Shown here: positions 14,038 to 27,444 of the stretch, piece by piece
Layout of the letters: each line of letters begins with the position of its first letter
Position numbering within the stretch: the stretch's first letter is position 1
Assembly (NCBI RefSeq): GCF_006345805.1
Contig: NC_043003.1
Coordinates: 23,870,001-23,934,000 of the forward strand
Source of the DNA: Octopus sinensis
Lineage: Eukaryota
Length of the DNA stretch: 64,000 nt
Direction of reading: 5' to 3'
Translations under genes and position numbers: made by a program
The notes under the pieces: model-generated
Told to the model about the DNA's origin: nothing
Databases searched by the model: none
What the model saw: only the letters and a program-made list of their open reading frames with translations

Positions 14038-14116
<79 letters not shown>

Positions 14117-14492
14117 TGTGCATGTGTGTATGTGTGTGCACACGCGCGTGTGTGTGTGTAAATATTATTGCCTGTCGAAGCCTACGATACGGGCCCATAG
14201 AATCCATTTCAATTTGGTATCTAATAATTTTGAATGGCTGGCAAGTCTAATTTATAAATTGGCTTAGAGTAAACTTCTTGTTTCTTTTCTTTTCTTTTTT
14301 TTTCGTTGAAGGGATTAAATGACTTCTTCAATTGGACAGTATATTGCATTAATTCCGTGGTAGCTGCTCAAAAGTAATTTTTGGCTCTAAGCTCATTAAA
14401 ATAAAATACATCTCAAATATTGGAGTGGATGGTAATTGCCTAGATAAGGAACGATTATTAATAATCACATTATTATTATCATTATTATATTA

Positions 14493-14541
<49 letters not shown>

Positions 14542-14574
14542 TTTTTTATTATTATTATTATTATCATTGTCATT

Positions 14575-15045
<471 letters not shown>

Positions 15046-15051
15046 TATTAT

Positions 15052-15605
15052 TGAGTGAGAAAGCAGTGCATGTCATCAAAGTAACACTGGCGTAAATTAT
15101 ACGAAGCCCAATATGCCCATTATGACTACCTGTCTGATAAAGGTACACAAAGCACATGCATCACAACCATGTGTGTGCGACATGGTAATCTCATATCAAG
15201 ATAAACAGCACATGACCTTTCAGGTGGAGCCCAGGTAGAATTTTCTTCTGGTCCAGTAGCCCATCCCACTCAAAAGGTCCCTGAATAAGAGTTGTTTAAG
15301 GATGTTGAACGAAACACCAATGTTTCCAGATGTGAATTATTCAAACTCCAAGGAATCCCTCTCAACAAATGGCTATGATGCTCCCCCACTATTTCTGCCC
15401 ATGATCAAAGATGCACATATCGTCAGCCACTAAGAGACATGCTCAACTGGTTAAGGTCAAACAACTGAGAGGCAAATCTGTTGTTTTTTTTTTAGCAGAA
15501 TATTTGTTGTAGCCCAGCTTTTACACCAAGACAAAACAATGCACATAACACTTCCAATTAAGATCAGATGCCACGAGAGCCATTGCTTGGTACTGCAACA
15601 GGGCA

Positions 15606-15606
<1 letters not shown>
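15052..15606. mobile_element. ~555-bp non-coding interspersed repeat in (ATT)n, copy 1
   Basis: Colinear over its whole length with 16804-17359; both flanks are (ATT)n. Confidence 0.85.
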
Positions 15607-15655
<49 letters not shown>

Positions 15656-15689
15656 TATTATTATTATTACTATTATTATTATTATTATT

Positions 15690-15725
<36 letters not shown>

Positions 15726-15842
15726 TTCACCATCACCATCATCATCATCACTATCACCATCACCATCACAATCATCATCATCATCATCCTCATCATCATC
15801 ATCATCATCATCATCATTATCATCATTATATCATTATTATCA

Positions 15843-15879
<37 letters not shown>

Positions 15880-15948
15880 CATTATTATTATTATTATTAT
15901 GACCATCACCATCATCATCATCACTATCACCATCACCATCACCATCAC

Positions 15949-16008
<60 letters not shown>

Positions 16009-16037
16009 TATCATCATTATTATCATTATTATCATCA

Positions 16038-16129
<92 letters not shown>

Positions 16130-16160
16130 GTTATTGTTATTGTTGTTGTTGTTGTTGTTA
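15607..16160. repeat. Compound (ATT)n/(ATC)n/(ACC)n/(GTT)n trinucleotide array
   Basis: Direct reading. Confidence 0.95.
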
Positions 16161-16364
16161 TTTTCCAGTTGAATTGCACTTTTTTCCATGTTCCGACCGG
16201 ATCTCAACCAGGAACCTAATGCAGATATATATTAGATGGAGAAAAACTTCCTGAGAATGTCGGCGTTTGGATGTTGGTTCCTCAGTATTACTGATAGTTG
16301 TATCACGCACAATAAAAAGATCTGTGAAGACTTATTATTATTATTATCATGATTATTATTATAT

Positions 16365-16660
16365 GTTCGACTTTGGCTTTTTATTTGTAAAAGTTTACTC
16401 CAAGTCTCACTCAGGGACCTCAAGAGACAAGTTAGAAATTCAAGTGGGTGTTATGACTAGGGTGCAATATATTTGGTTTTCCACAAATTATTATTCTAGA
16501 GAATGTTCAAGAAATCTGTTTGCTTTAATATTTGGGATTACATAGACAGTATTTCATGTAGGTCATGGGCAGTTCTCATAAATGCTATTTTTAAAATTTC
16601 TGCCATTTTTTTTTTATTTCCTGGTATCTGAGCTAGGTAGCAATCAGTCCCTTTTGCTAT
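16365..16660 (-). mobile_element. R4/Dong-clade 3' fragment 2
   Basis: MIAKGTDCYLAQIPGN..MAEILKIAFMRTAHDLHEILSM*, homologous to the fragment 1 C-terminus but with a different 3' UTR. Confidence 0.72.
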
Positions 16661-16661
16661 G

Positions 16662-16695
<34 letters not shown>

Positions 16696-16721
16696 ACCCC
16701 ACCACCACCACCACCGCCACT

Positions 16722-16752
<31 letters not shown>

Positions 16753-16803
16753 TCATCAGCATCATCATCATCATCATTATTATTATATTATTATTATTAT
16801 ATA

Positions 16804-17359
16804 TGAGTGAGAGAGCAGTTCATGCCATCAAAGTGACACTGGGGTAAAATATACGAAACCCAATATACCCATCATGACTACCCGTCTGATAAAGGTACAC
16901 CAGGCACATGCATCACAACCATATGTGCGCGACATGGTGATCTCATATCAAGATAAACAGCACATGACCTTGCAGGTGGGGCCCAGTTAGAATTTTCTTC
17001 TGGTTGAGTAGCCCATCCCGCTCAACGGTCCCTGAATAAGGGTTGTTTAAGGATGTTGAAAGAACCACCCATGTTTCCAGAGGTGAACTATTCAAACCCC
17101 AAAGAATCCCTCTCAACACATGGCTATGATGCTCCCCCACTACTTCTGCTCGTGATCAGAGATGCACATATCGTCAGCCACTAAGGGACATTCTCAACTG
17201 GTTATGGTCAAACAACTGACAAGCAAATCTGTGGTATTGAGCAGAATATTTGCTGTAGCCCATCTTTTATACCAAGACAAAACAATGTACATGATAACAC
17301 TTCCAATCAGTTAAGATCAGAAGCCATGAGAGCCACTGCCTGGTACTGCATCAGGGCAT
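16804..17359. mobile_element. ~555-bp non-coding interspersed repeat in (ATT)n, copy 2
   Basis: Same as 15052-15606; followed by a 24-bp re-duplication (AAAACAATGTACATGATAACACTT) before (ATT)n. Confidence 0.85.
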
Positions 17360-17382
17360 AAAAACAATGTACATGATAACAC

Positions 17383-17451
<69 letters not shown>

Positions 17452-17453
<2 letters not shown>

Positions 17454-17743
17454 ATGCAAATTCACAGCTTACTTTGCTGAGTAAGATGGAAAGTATCAGC
17501 AGTCACAGCCAGCAGACCAAGGTGACACTTATTTACCTGGTCATGCTTCAAGAATACTGTAAAGAATTCTCGCAGTTGCAAGCGATGTTGATTTTTGTAG
17601 GTGTTCTACCTTCACACTTGCACCAATCTTTTCCAGCCATTGTTGATACTTGAAAGGTGATACTTCAAAGTGCACCAGTTACTATTTGTATCACGTCTAC
17701 TTTCTTTATTGACCTCAACCTTCGTATTTGACCACAAACTTCG
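17452..17743 (-). mobile_element. R4/Dong-clade 3' fragment 3
   Basis: Broken reading SIKKVDVIQIVTGAL...QQWLEKIGASVKVEHLQKSTSLATARILYSILEA*, between (TAA)n arrays. Confidence 0.72.
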
Positions 17744-17748
17744 TATTA

Positions 17749-17793
<45 letters not shown>

Positions 17794-17794
17794 T

Positions 17795-18155
17795 TTTTTT
17801 TTCTTCTTTCAAATTTGCTTCCATTTCTTGCCGAGTGTCTACCCGACTCCTAGGGCAAAGAAACTCATAGTATACATTGGTAGGCCATTAAACCAAACTC
17901 AATAGTTCGTTCATTTTTTATTATTTTTTTTTTAAATTATATTAAAATACATGAGCAGCAACAGTTCTCACATCGACAATGCTCTTCTCAATACGTGTGA
18001 TGTACCAGTTAAGACAATCTTTTGCACTTCGTGCAGGGATGGTAAGCCAGGGATCATTCTCATATAATTTTCGGTTCCCTTCTTGATCATTCCTAATGCT
18101 CCTACGATCACTTGTATTGTAACCACCTTGAGATGCCACATTTTCTCAATTTCTT
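17795..18155 (-). mobile_element. R4/Dong-clade 3' fragment 4
   Basis: EIEKMWHLKVVTIQVIVGALGMIKKGTENYMRMIPGLPSLHEVQKIVLTGTSHVLRRALSM*; its 3' tip recurs at 23910-23951. Confidence 0.85.
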
Positions 18156-18166
18156 TATTATTATTA

Positions 18167-18266
<100 letters not shown>

Positions 18267-19026
18267 GCATACAGTAGCCACCATAAATGGAATAATTGGT
18301 AAAATTTAACTGGAATATTTATAACATACTGGTGATAAATTGTAAAATCTTAACAATAGTCGTAACCAAGATTAATTTAATGAGATATATTGATTCATAT
18401 TTATATGCAAAATAATTCAATATGATAAAATGCACTTTAGATCTGAAAATAAATTTCATATTGATAACCTAGTTTGTAGCTTGCTGGCAGGTGAAAGAAT
18501 AGAGATTAACTAGCAAACAGTAACAATAACAAAATACTGCGAGATTGTTCAATTTATATGTCAGCAAATTTGCTTTATACACTCCGTGGAGTAGCATATT
18601 CCTTATAGAGATATGTGGTATATTCACATACCTGCATTGAAGCTAGCGGAAATCATTACGAAAGGTCATGTATCATAAACGTAATACCACGGGTCGAAAC
18701 GATCAGGTTTCTTGTGCTCCCGGCTGACATCTTGCAGTTGTGGAAGGAAATAAGTGACAGCAAACGGAGGTGTGTGCAGTGACGTGAATAGACAAGCAAT
18801 TTAGCCAGTACGCATTGGGTGATGTTTACGTCATATTTTCTTCTAGATATTTCATCCTACCTAACTTATTTTTATTCAAATGAATGCCGATCATCTATTT
18901 GTTTTTCGTATTTTACACATTGTATTTTTTTGTATACCATCTGCATTTAAATACATATGTTCTTTATCCCCCCCCATCCTTTTTTGTCATCCGGCGTCCG
19001 TTGTCTCCACTTACACACACACACAC

Positions 19027-19075
<49 letters not shown>

Positions 19076-19118
19076 CGTATGTATATGTGTTCATGTATGT
19101 ATGTATATGTATGAATAC

Positions 19119-19157
<39 letters not shown>

Positions 19158-19171
19158 CATATATACATACG

Positions 19172-19216
<45 letters not shown>

Positions 19217-19221
19217 TGTGC

Positions 19222-19276
<55 letters not shown>

Positions 19277-19284
19277 TTTTATAA

Positions 19285-20290
19285 CCTTCTATACTTTGGA
19301 TATATAGATTTCACGAAGCGGAGATAGATACAACTGTCTTCACACGTCGTATTTCGAGTTACTCCATTCAACACGATACTCCAATAAATACAAACTCTCA
19401 ACGATCTCAACAACGTCGTACGACTTCTGTTGTCACAACCGATACGCTACTGTTTATAAGAGTTAGGCTGGTCATCATCCTTTTTTACTAAATTCAAACA
19501 CTCCCAGCCAATATTGAACAGGAAACATTTCTCACTGACAATTTTCGATAACAATTTAATTGGTTCACCGAAACAAATTTCACATGGTTTATTGGCAGAA
19601 TGCAGTAACAGTACTTTTCGTGTTTGTCAGGGGATAATTTTCTTAAAAGTAGTCGTAACTTTCCATTGTCCATCCAATCTTTGTATTCCTATTTAAAGAT
19701 TTCTTTATATCTTCGGAAATATGCAGAAAAAGTAATACCATCATCCGGATTATAAGAAAATTCCGCAATTGCGTTTGCTACGCTCTCTGGCGAGAACGTA
19801 ACCTGAAATAATTTTGAACTTCAACACTAATTCCAGTAACTGTTGTTGTTGTTATTACAGTTGTTGTTGTTGTTGTTGTAATTCCTGCTGTAACTGTTGT
19901 TGCTTTTGTTGCAGTGGCAACTGCATCTTAGAAGCTAGTAATTCTTCCGTGTTAACTAATTTTTCTTTGATTTTGTATCAAAACAAAATGTTAATATCCG
20001 ACGTAAGCTTTGGATAAACTCCTCGCCACTTTTATTTCCTTCTATACGTTTGATATACAGATTTCACGGGGATAGACACAGCAGTCTTCAAACGATATAC
20101 TTCCAATAACTAAACATGATACTCCAATAAATACAAATTCTCAACGATCTCAAGAACTTCCTACGAGTTCCACGAACTTTCAACAACTCTTCCAACTTCT
20201 CTCGTCTCAGCCAATACACTATACTTTATAAGAATTAGGCTAGTTCATTCTTCCAACCTCACATGGGTGTTAATGACTCACACCTCAACA
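19285..20290 (-). mobile_element. Internally deleted Gypsy-type LTR retrotransposon (5' LTR, PBS, gag N-terminus, partial 3' LTR)
   Basis: Direct repeats at about 19285-19480 and 20036-20250. The 5' LTR starts TG at 20290 and PBS-like TGGCGAGGAG lies at about 20018-20027. Gag-like reading FSPESVANAIAEFSYNPDDGITFSAYFRRYKEIF...KLRLLLRKL...HEKYCYCILP...WECLNLVKKDDD. Confidence 0.78.
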
Positions 20291-20568
20291 TATGCACATA
20301 TATACTTTAATAGAATATACATGTATATGCGTATACCCAGAGGTATATACACGTATCTGTATATACATATGTACATAGCTATCTATGTATCTATGTGTAT
20401 ATGAATCGATCTATGAATCAATAAATCTAGCTAGCTATTTATTTTTGTATGTGGATGTGTGCTATAGTGTGTGTGTGTGTGTTTGTTTGATAGTGCGTGT
20501 GGATGTGTGGATGTATATGCATATGCAGATATCTGTCTGTCTCTCTATACACACACACACGCACACAC

Positions 20569-20614
<46 letters not shown>

Positions 20615-21042
20615 GTATGTGTATGTGTGTGTGTGCGTGTGTAATTGTAGCTGCCAATAATAATAATGTACCGTGAATAATAAAGAGTACCATTTCCTTA
20701 ATAATTCTCTGTATGAGAAAACAGTTGGTAATAGAAACACGTGCATGTATATCAAAGAAGTCTAATGTTATTGTAATTAATTTAAACGGTTCAATTAAAC
20801 ATTTACTCTACACCACGTCTCTAATCGGTGGTAACGTGTAAATAATATATAAATGAGATGAAGTGCAGCAGTGCCCATTATATGAACCATACGAACAAAA
20901 TGTGGAAAATATATCACATAATACATCGCTGAACAGCTGCGTATTTCGATAACTGTAAACCGACTCATCAGCTGTTTTTGACTGTAGCTAGTAAAGCTGA
21001 CATCCATATGATATATAATAAATGTTGACATCACTAAGCACT

Positions 21043-21078
<36 letters not shown>

Positions 21079-21339
21079 CGAACGATGGACAAGGAAATGA
21101 AGATAGCACATCATACAACAACGGGGAAAATTATCTACATTATAAATGTTTTCTGCTGAGAAATATGAATTCGGCAACAGAATTTTTAGTGATGCTAATG
21201 CGATATTTAGTCACTGACAAAGCACAGCGATATAGTAAACTTGTGTTCTTTGGAGTTATAGCTGTGTTAATGTAACTCACGAAAAGAATATCTAATACAC
21301 ACACCCACACACAAACACGCACACAGGCACAAATATACA

Positions 21340-21543
21340 TGAGTGTGCTGAAAAGTTTCTAGTTTTGGGTAGAAGAAAATACAACAGGATCAGTTAATTA
21401 TGATTTTATTCAACATATTCTCCTCATTATTGCAGCAGCAGTCCTTCGTGTTTTTTTTTAGTTCTGTAAACGAACTCGGAAGTTTGGGCCTCCAACCAGG
21501 CTTTTTGTAATATTCTTAAAGCCAAGGACTTTTCAGTCACTCA
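21340..21543. mobile_element. Mariner-type MITE, copy 1
   Basis: TIRs GAGTGTGCTGAAAAGTTTCTAGTTT / AAAGCCAAGGACTTTTCAGTCACTC; interior colinear with 30637-30852. Confidence 0.7.
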
Positions 21544-22464
21544 CCATCCTGTGAGGTCACAAACAGGAGAATAACGCCTGAAATCGACTTTGAGTCCAAC
21601 TTCATTTTTAATAGATCTATATTTCATTTTAGCTTATATGATAGATCCCGACGACAGGAATCTATCCATGTTAGTTATATGTCGTTTTTTCCTCTTATCA
21701 TTTCGGTACTCGGAAAAATAAGTATTCGCTGAGCACTGGGGTCGATGTAATCAACTTCTCTCCCCTGTGGATTTGATGTCTTTCTACTAAATTTGGAAAC
21801 CAATATTGCAAAATGTATGATTCAATTCAGTATTTAAGTATCTTCCAATGACCTACCTCATATTCATAGAAGCCACTATATCGTAATAGATATCATTCAC
21901 ACATGGCAGTGTGTGTATAATATTCTTAAGATCAATATTTACTCACTAGGCTTTGTTACTAATTCATTTTTCTAACAAATTTGATGATGTTTATACATTT
22001 TTAGATTGGGCACCTCCTAAGCTACATTTCGAACTACAAAATTTGAAATTTTGTTCAGTAGAAAATAATTTAAGATCTCAAATATGTTAGGTCAATAAGA
22101 GGGGAATAACGCCTGAAATCGGCTGCAGTGGTAGACACGCGACGCTGTATACATACTTTCGTATACACACACACACACGCACACACACACACACATTCAG
22201 ACAAACACATACACAGATGCACATACACATAAGTAACTTTTAAAACGCACATGAAGGGAAACAAATATAAGTGTGACAAATACGTAGCTTCAAGGAGAGA
22301 GGAGGTAAGTTGACAGTTGATAAGTAGACTGTTTTCTGCTATCCATCGTAAATAACACTCACACACATATACTCACGCATACATACATACATACATCTCT
22401 CTCTCTCTCTCCATCTATATATATATAATATATTATAATATATATATATATATATATATAGGAC

Positions 22465-22670
22465 GCCATGATAGATCGTTAGCTCCTACACGCATTTTTT
22501 TCTCTTCTCGTTTCTCACCTTGTTTTTTATCTGTGTATCTTCTGTCGAAGAGCGTAGGCTCGAAACGTAAAATACTTTTTCTATTTCTATTCTGAGCTCT
22601 ATACTAATACCTTTGTTTGTTTGTACTCCACCTGCCTTCGTCTTTTGTTTATTTTCGTAAACATTCCCGT
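22465..22670 (+). mobile_element. ~200-bp Penelope-like repeat with hammerhead motif (22535-22575)
   Basis: GTATCTT-CTGTCGA-A-GAGC-GTAG-GCTC-GAAA-C-GTA-AAATAC (one core substitution); flanked on both sides by (TA)n. Confidence 0.65.
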
Positions 22671-22686
22671 TATATATATATATTAT

Positions 22687-22753
<67 letters not shown>

Positions 22754-22989
22754 CATTTGTACATACATACATACATACATACATACATACATACATACAC
22801 GCTTATTGCAGAAAAATGTTACTGAGGTTTCAAGTTTAATCACTTACACCTAAGCAGAAAACAGGATTTAGAATCTGGTGATTTCTGGTGGGAAGGCTCT
22901 GAGCTTATGCTGCAATTAAAAATCCTTCCGTCTATGCTTTGAGGCCTGAGTTTCTCAGCCATTGTTAGGATTTTGCTTTGTCTATTCCT

Positions 22990-23850
22990 TTTCTGTTTAG
23001 CTTAACCTAATATTTACCATGAAGGGGCTTTTATTGCCAACGTTTTATCATGATACGTTACTGTTCCAGTTTTAGTTTGGATTTCAGTTATAGATTTTGC
23101 CGTTTCTTCTTTCTCTTCACATTTGTTAGGTGCTATAACTTCCTATTTGAATTTTTCAGCTTTCTTAAAGACAAAAAATCATTTTTCAGTGGCTATTTGT
23201 ATCAGTTTCCTTGCTTTTGAAGTAGATATTTAATCCTATGGGGGCTATTTTGTAATTGTTTTCTCGCTGTACAAAGATACGTTGTATGTATAACCGTTCT
23301 ATGTCACATTTTGGGTGGTTAATCCTAAATACTGTCATTATTTTTCTTGTTTTCCTGTCTATCTTGATTAGTTCATTTAGAGTCCAGTTAAGAATATTGC
23401 AACGGTAAATTATAACTGGGACGGCTAATGTGTTGATACTTCTTATCTTGCTTTTGGCATTGAGATCGTTTTTCAGCTTTAATTCAACACGACTCTAGTA
23501 TTCCTCTCTTATCTTTTCTTTCATTTGTGTGTATTGTATATAGTTCATTGATTCCTAGATATTTGTATGTCTGGCTTTGGTCTAATTCTCTTATTTCATT
23601 TGCTTTATCTAGTGTTATGCTGTTACTCTTAACTAATTTCGTCTTTTCAGGGTTGTTTTGACACATTTTTCTAAGCCAAATTTAATGTTTATTTCTTCGG
23701 TAAATCTGTGTATTGTCTGTAGTAATGTTGCCAGCTGCTTATCATTTGTTGTATATAGTTTTAGATCATACCTATACAAGAGATGGTTGATTGTTTTGTC
23801 GTAACGGTTGGATCCATATCCATTTCAGTTTATCACGTAAGATAAAGGTG
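22990..23850 (-). pseudogene. Degenerate R4/Dong-clade reverse transcriptase/thumb fragment
   Basis: NKTINHLLY(R)YDLKLYTTNDKQL..LLQTIHRFTEEINIKFGLEKC, TYKYLGINE, INTLAVPVIIY..NILNWTLNELIKIDRKTRKIMT...HPKCDIERLY; several stops and frameshifts. Confidence 0.82.
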
Positions 23851-23950
23851 TAAGTGCCAAATTATTTTTACTATTATTTTTACTATTATTATTATTATTA
23901 TTATTATTACTTTTTTTTTTCTTCTTTCAAATTTGCTTCCATTTCTTGCC

Positions 23951-24014
<64 letters not shown>

Positions 24015-24574
24015 GTGTTCTTATTTTCTTCTACTTTCCTGTTTTATTCCATTTTATTTTTATTTTTTTGTAAATTTTTATTCATCCGTCACCATCTTCC
24101 TCTATTTCTCAATTTTCATTTAAGTTTTTGCTTTCTATCCGTATTTTGTTTATATTTGTTTATATTTGTTTTGTTCTTTTAATGTAATTTTATTTATTAC
24201 ATTAATGTTTTTTCTTCTTTTCCGTTTCCTTCTCTTCCTGTTTTCCCCTTCATTTTCATTTTTCCTTCTTGAATAGTTTCGGAAATTCTTCTCATCCTCC
24301 TTTCATTTCATCTCTTCTTGTCTGCTAATATATTGTTCCTTTCTTTATTTCGCTTCACTTGTTTCTTTGATAAATTTTCTTTCATAAATTCCTTGGGTGT
24401 ATTTCTCCATTACAATTTATGTTCCATTTTCAAGCCACCCAGGGTGAACATTATCTTTCCTAATTCCAGTGTCAATGAATTAAGATACCACCAGTCAAGT
24501 ACTAAGGTCAACATATTTGTTTAAGCACATTACCGTAAAGGTATCCAATTCTACCGATTAAAAGACATTTAATA

Positions 24575-24768
24575 TTGGTTTCAAATTCTGGTACAAGACC
24601 AATAATCCAAGGAAAGGGTTTAAATCGATTACATCGATCCCAGTGTTCATGTGCTACTTATTCTATCGTACCCCTCGGTGGACATTACACTCAGAACGTC
24701 AAGGCGGACGAAATGCCACTAAGCATTTTGCTCGATATGTTAGCGATTATCCCAGGCCGCCGTCTTAC
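24575..24768 (-). mobile_element. SINE family B (diverged)
   Basis: GGTTTCAAATTCTGGTACAAG...TCGATTACATCGATCCCAGTG...CTCAGAACGT...GACGAAATGCCACTAAGCATTT. Confidence 0.72.
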
Positions 24769-25145
24769 ATTGGCAAGAAAATGGACGAAATATACCGGAA
24801 AAGGAGATTTATAGGGAAAAATAAAAGTTGAGTGAGTTCTAATAGGTATTTAATTTATAGGTAGATCATTAGGATAAGTGAAATAGTAGATGCTTAAATT
24901 TGATTTAATATTAGTAATGCTAGACGAAAGGAAGGCCTGTGGAGGACAGATTAACCGAAGAAAGGAGAGAAAAAGAGAATACTGCTGTTAATAATCTATA
25001 AATTATTTATATTTGAGTTCGTTGTACACGGGTTTGATATTAATAAAAATAGAAATAGATGTTATGTTAATAGCACTAAAGAGTAAGAAACTAGGATGAG
25101 AATATATCGATGTTCCAGTTAAGAACGTCTTAGTATCATTGTAAT

Positions 25146-25325
25146 TCGGCAGAATCTTTAGCACGCCAGACAAAATTCTTAGCGGCATTTCGTCTGTCTT
25201 TAAGTTCTGAGTTCAAATTCCGCTGAAGTCGGCTTTGCTTTTCATCCTTTCAGGGTTCAATAAAATAAGTACCATTTAAGCACTGGGATCGATGTAATCG
25301 TCTTACCTCCTCCTACGAACTTCCT
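25146..25325 (+). mobile_element. SINE family B
   Basis: GGCAGAATCTTTAGCACGCC...GAGTTCAAATTCCG...TTTCATCCTTTC...AAATAAGTACC...CACTGGGATCGATGTAATCG. Confidence 0.8.
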
Positions 25326-26875
25326 TTGGCAATCATATAATTAGGATATTTAGGTCTTCAAAGATTCCGATGATTCGGATGGTGAATGAGAGTGCATCTG
25401 AAATCAATGAAAAACGGAAACACCACCACCAACAAAAGCATCAACCCAAATCAACAACAACTAGTTTATTATGATTCTGGAGTGGAATCAAGTTAGATAA
25501 CGCAGATCTAACTGATCAAAGAATTTTGTTACACCCAGTATGTGAAAAATTCTATATACTGTTCACTTGTCAGTTAATAAGAGCTAAACTAATCCACACT
25601 TCACGGGGCCGTTCAAGGATTTGGACCTGGAGATCTCCATTTCCAGCGACTTCGAGGGCCACCTCCCAGTGGTGTCGGGCGTCAATGAAGAGCCCTTGAC
25701 TACAACAAGACGACCAAAGTTTTTTTCTTTTTCCAAGGTCTGGGGTCTCCCGCCCCTAAGCCCTAGACCATTATCTAATCACCCTTACCCGTCTTGTTGC
25801 TTAACAACAACAACAACAACTACTTTACGGGTACGTTAAAAGTGTTTGTTTCGTTTATTTCCATACTAAACTACGTTGTAAAATACATTTGTCTCCTAAA
25901 TTTAGACAACACTATGTGCATAAACATCCCTTCATGAACATATTGTATAGAATGACATGATGTTTACATCTATTTATCGTATAAAGGGGAAGCTGATTTC
26001 TATACATAAATATTGTGTAATACAATATAGGCTTAGTTATAATGTACAATTTTTGTGTAGTATGACATTAAGAGTTTAGTAAAACAAGCGGAAATAAAAC
26101 AATTACCTCAATAATTGAAAATGCACGACACTGGTAGTGTAGTTTAATGTTACTTCACTGTCTCACATCAATTCCCACAGGTCCGAGACTGTCTTGCAGA
26201 TATCCGACTTGATTCAATAGCTAGCATTCATGTACTAAGTTCAAAATAAATCAAAGTCTACCGAGATTGCTGGCTTTAATATGAGAAACAATAAATTTAC
26301 GCTGGCTTTATATCGATTTTGGAGGCCCCAAAAATATATTATGGGGAACTCTCGAACTCTCTCTCTCTGGCAGACTAAATGATCAAATATCTTATATCTT
26401 TATGTGTAGCTCTCCCAATTTCTATATTTTTTCTTCCTCTCTGTCTGCCTGTCAAACACATTTTCTCTCTCTATCGCTAACTTTCTCTTTCTCTTTTTAT
26501 GTTTATATACATGTGTGTGAGTGTGTGTCTTTGTGTGTATAAGAAATCAGCTATGCTTGTATCCAACTTTTAGATTATCCAATAAGCTTGAGTCAATATA
26601 AAGACACAAAAACATTATGGAGACCAGTACTAGTAATTATGGAGACCAGTACTAGTAATTCGACCTCCCGATATTGTCCCAGTGTATATTGTTGGATGTA
26701 CCTCCGTTTTGTGTTAAAGGTAGTTGAACATCTGAGTGGGTTCTCATGTCGATCAGCTAGTCAGTCTTGAAACTGACAGCGGAATACATCTGTATTCGTA
26801 TATTACTGTGCATGCGTGTGTATGTCTATGTTTATTCATGTATACATATACGTACACATGAATGTATATATAAAT

Positions 26876-26943
<68 letters not shown>

Positions 26944-26981
26944 GAAAGCAGGTAGTTAGTTAAGTAGGTAGGTAGCTAGAC

Positions 26982-27138
26982 AACCGGTGTCGGTGTATTT
27001 AAGTCCTCGTAACCTAGCAAAGGTAATTGAGAGAATAAGCACTAGGTTTAAGTAAAAGAACCATTGGGTCGATTTATTCGAATAAATATCATTCAAGGCG
27101 GTGCCTCAGAATGATCGCAGGCAAATGACTGAAACTAG
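26982..27138 (+). mobile_element. SINE family A, 3' half
   Basis: ACAACCGGTGTCGGTGT...AGAATAAGCACTAGG...GGCGGTGCCTCAGAATGATCGCAGGCAAATGACTGAAAC. Confidence 0.7.
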
Positions 27139-27160
27139 TTTAGGATAATATATATATATT

Positions 27161-27199
<39 letters not shown>

Positions 27200-27202
<3 letters not shown>

Positions 27203-27403
27203 TAATACAAAGATGAAAGCACAAAAAACAAAACAACGCGAGGACGTGGAACAAATATAGTATTATTGGACGTTCAGGAAAGAAGGAAAGAAGGAGGGTT
27301 TAAAGTTTCGAGCGGAGCTCTTCATCGGAAACATAGGAGAAGGAAAGATCCAGAGAAGGGAAGAGAGAGGAAAAAAATCGGCAACGGTACACACGTGGTC
27401 ACG
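27200..27403 (-). mobile_element. ~200-bp Penelope-like repeat with hammerhead motif (27298-27332)
   Basis: Homologous to 6703-6910; minus strand GTTT-CCGATGA-A-GAGC-TCC-GCTC-GAAA-C-TTT-AAAC. Confidence 0.7.
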
Positions 27404-27444
27404 TGCATGGAAACACACCGATATTCACAGATATGGGTGTAAGA

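Larger units (their letters stand above)
11955..14038 (+). mobile_element. Complete non-autonomous Helitron (~2.08 kb) with internal repeats and a nested SINE
   Basis: 5' A|TCTCTATATATAAAACTG; 3' hairpin ACCCGC-GCGTAGA-GCGGGT (14007-14025) then CTAG|T (14035-14038). Pairing of the two ends into one element is inferred. Confidence 0.72.
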
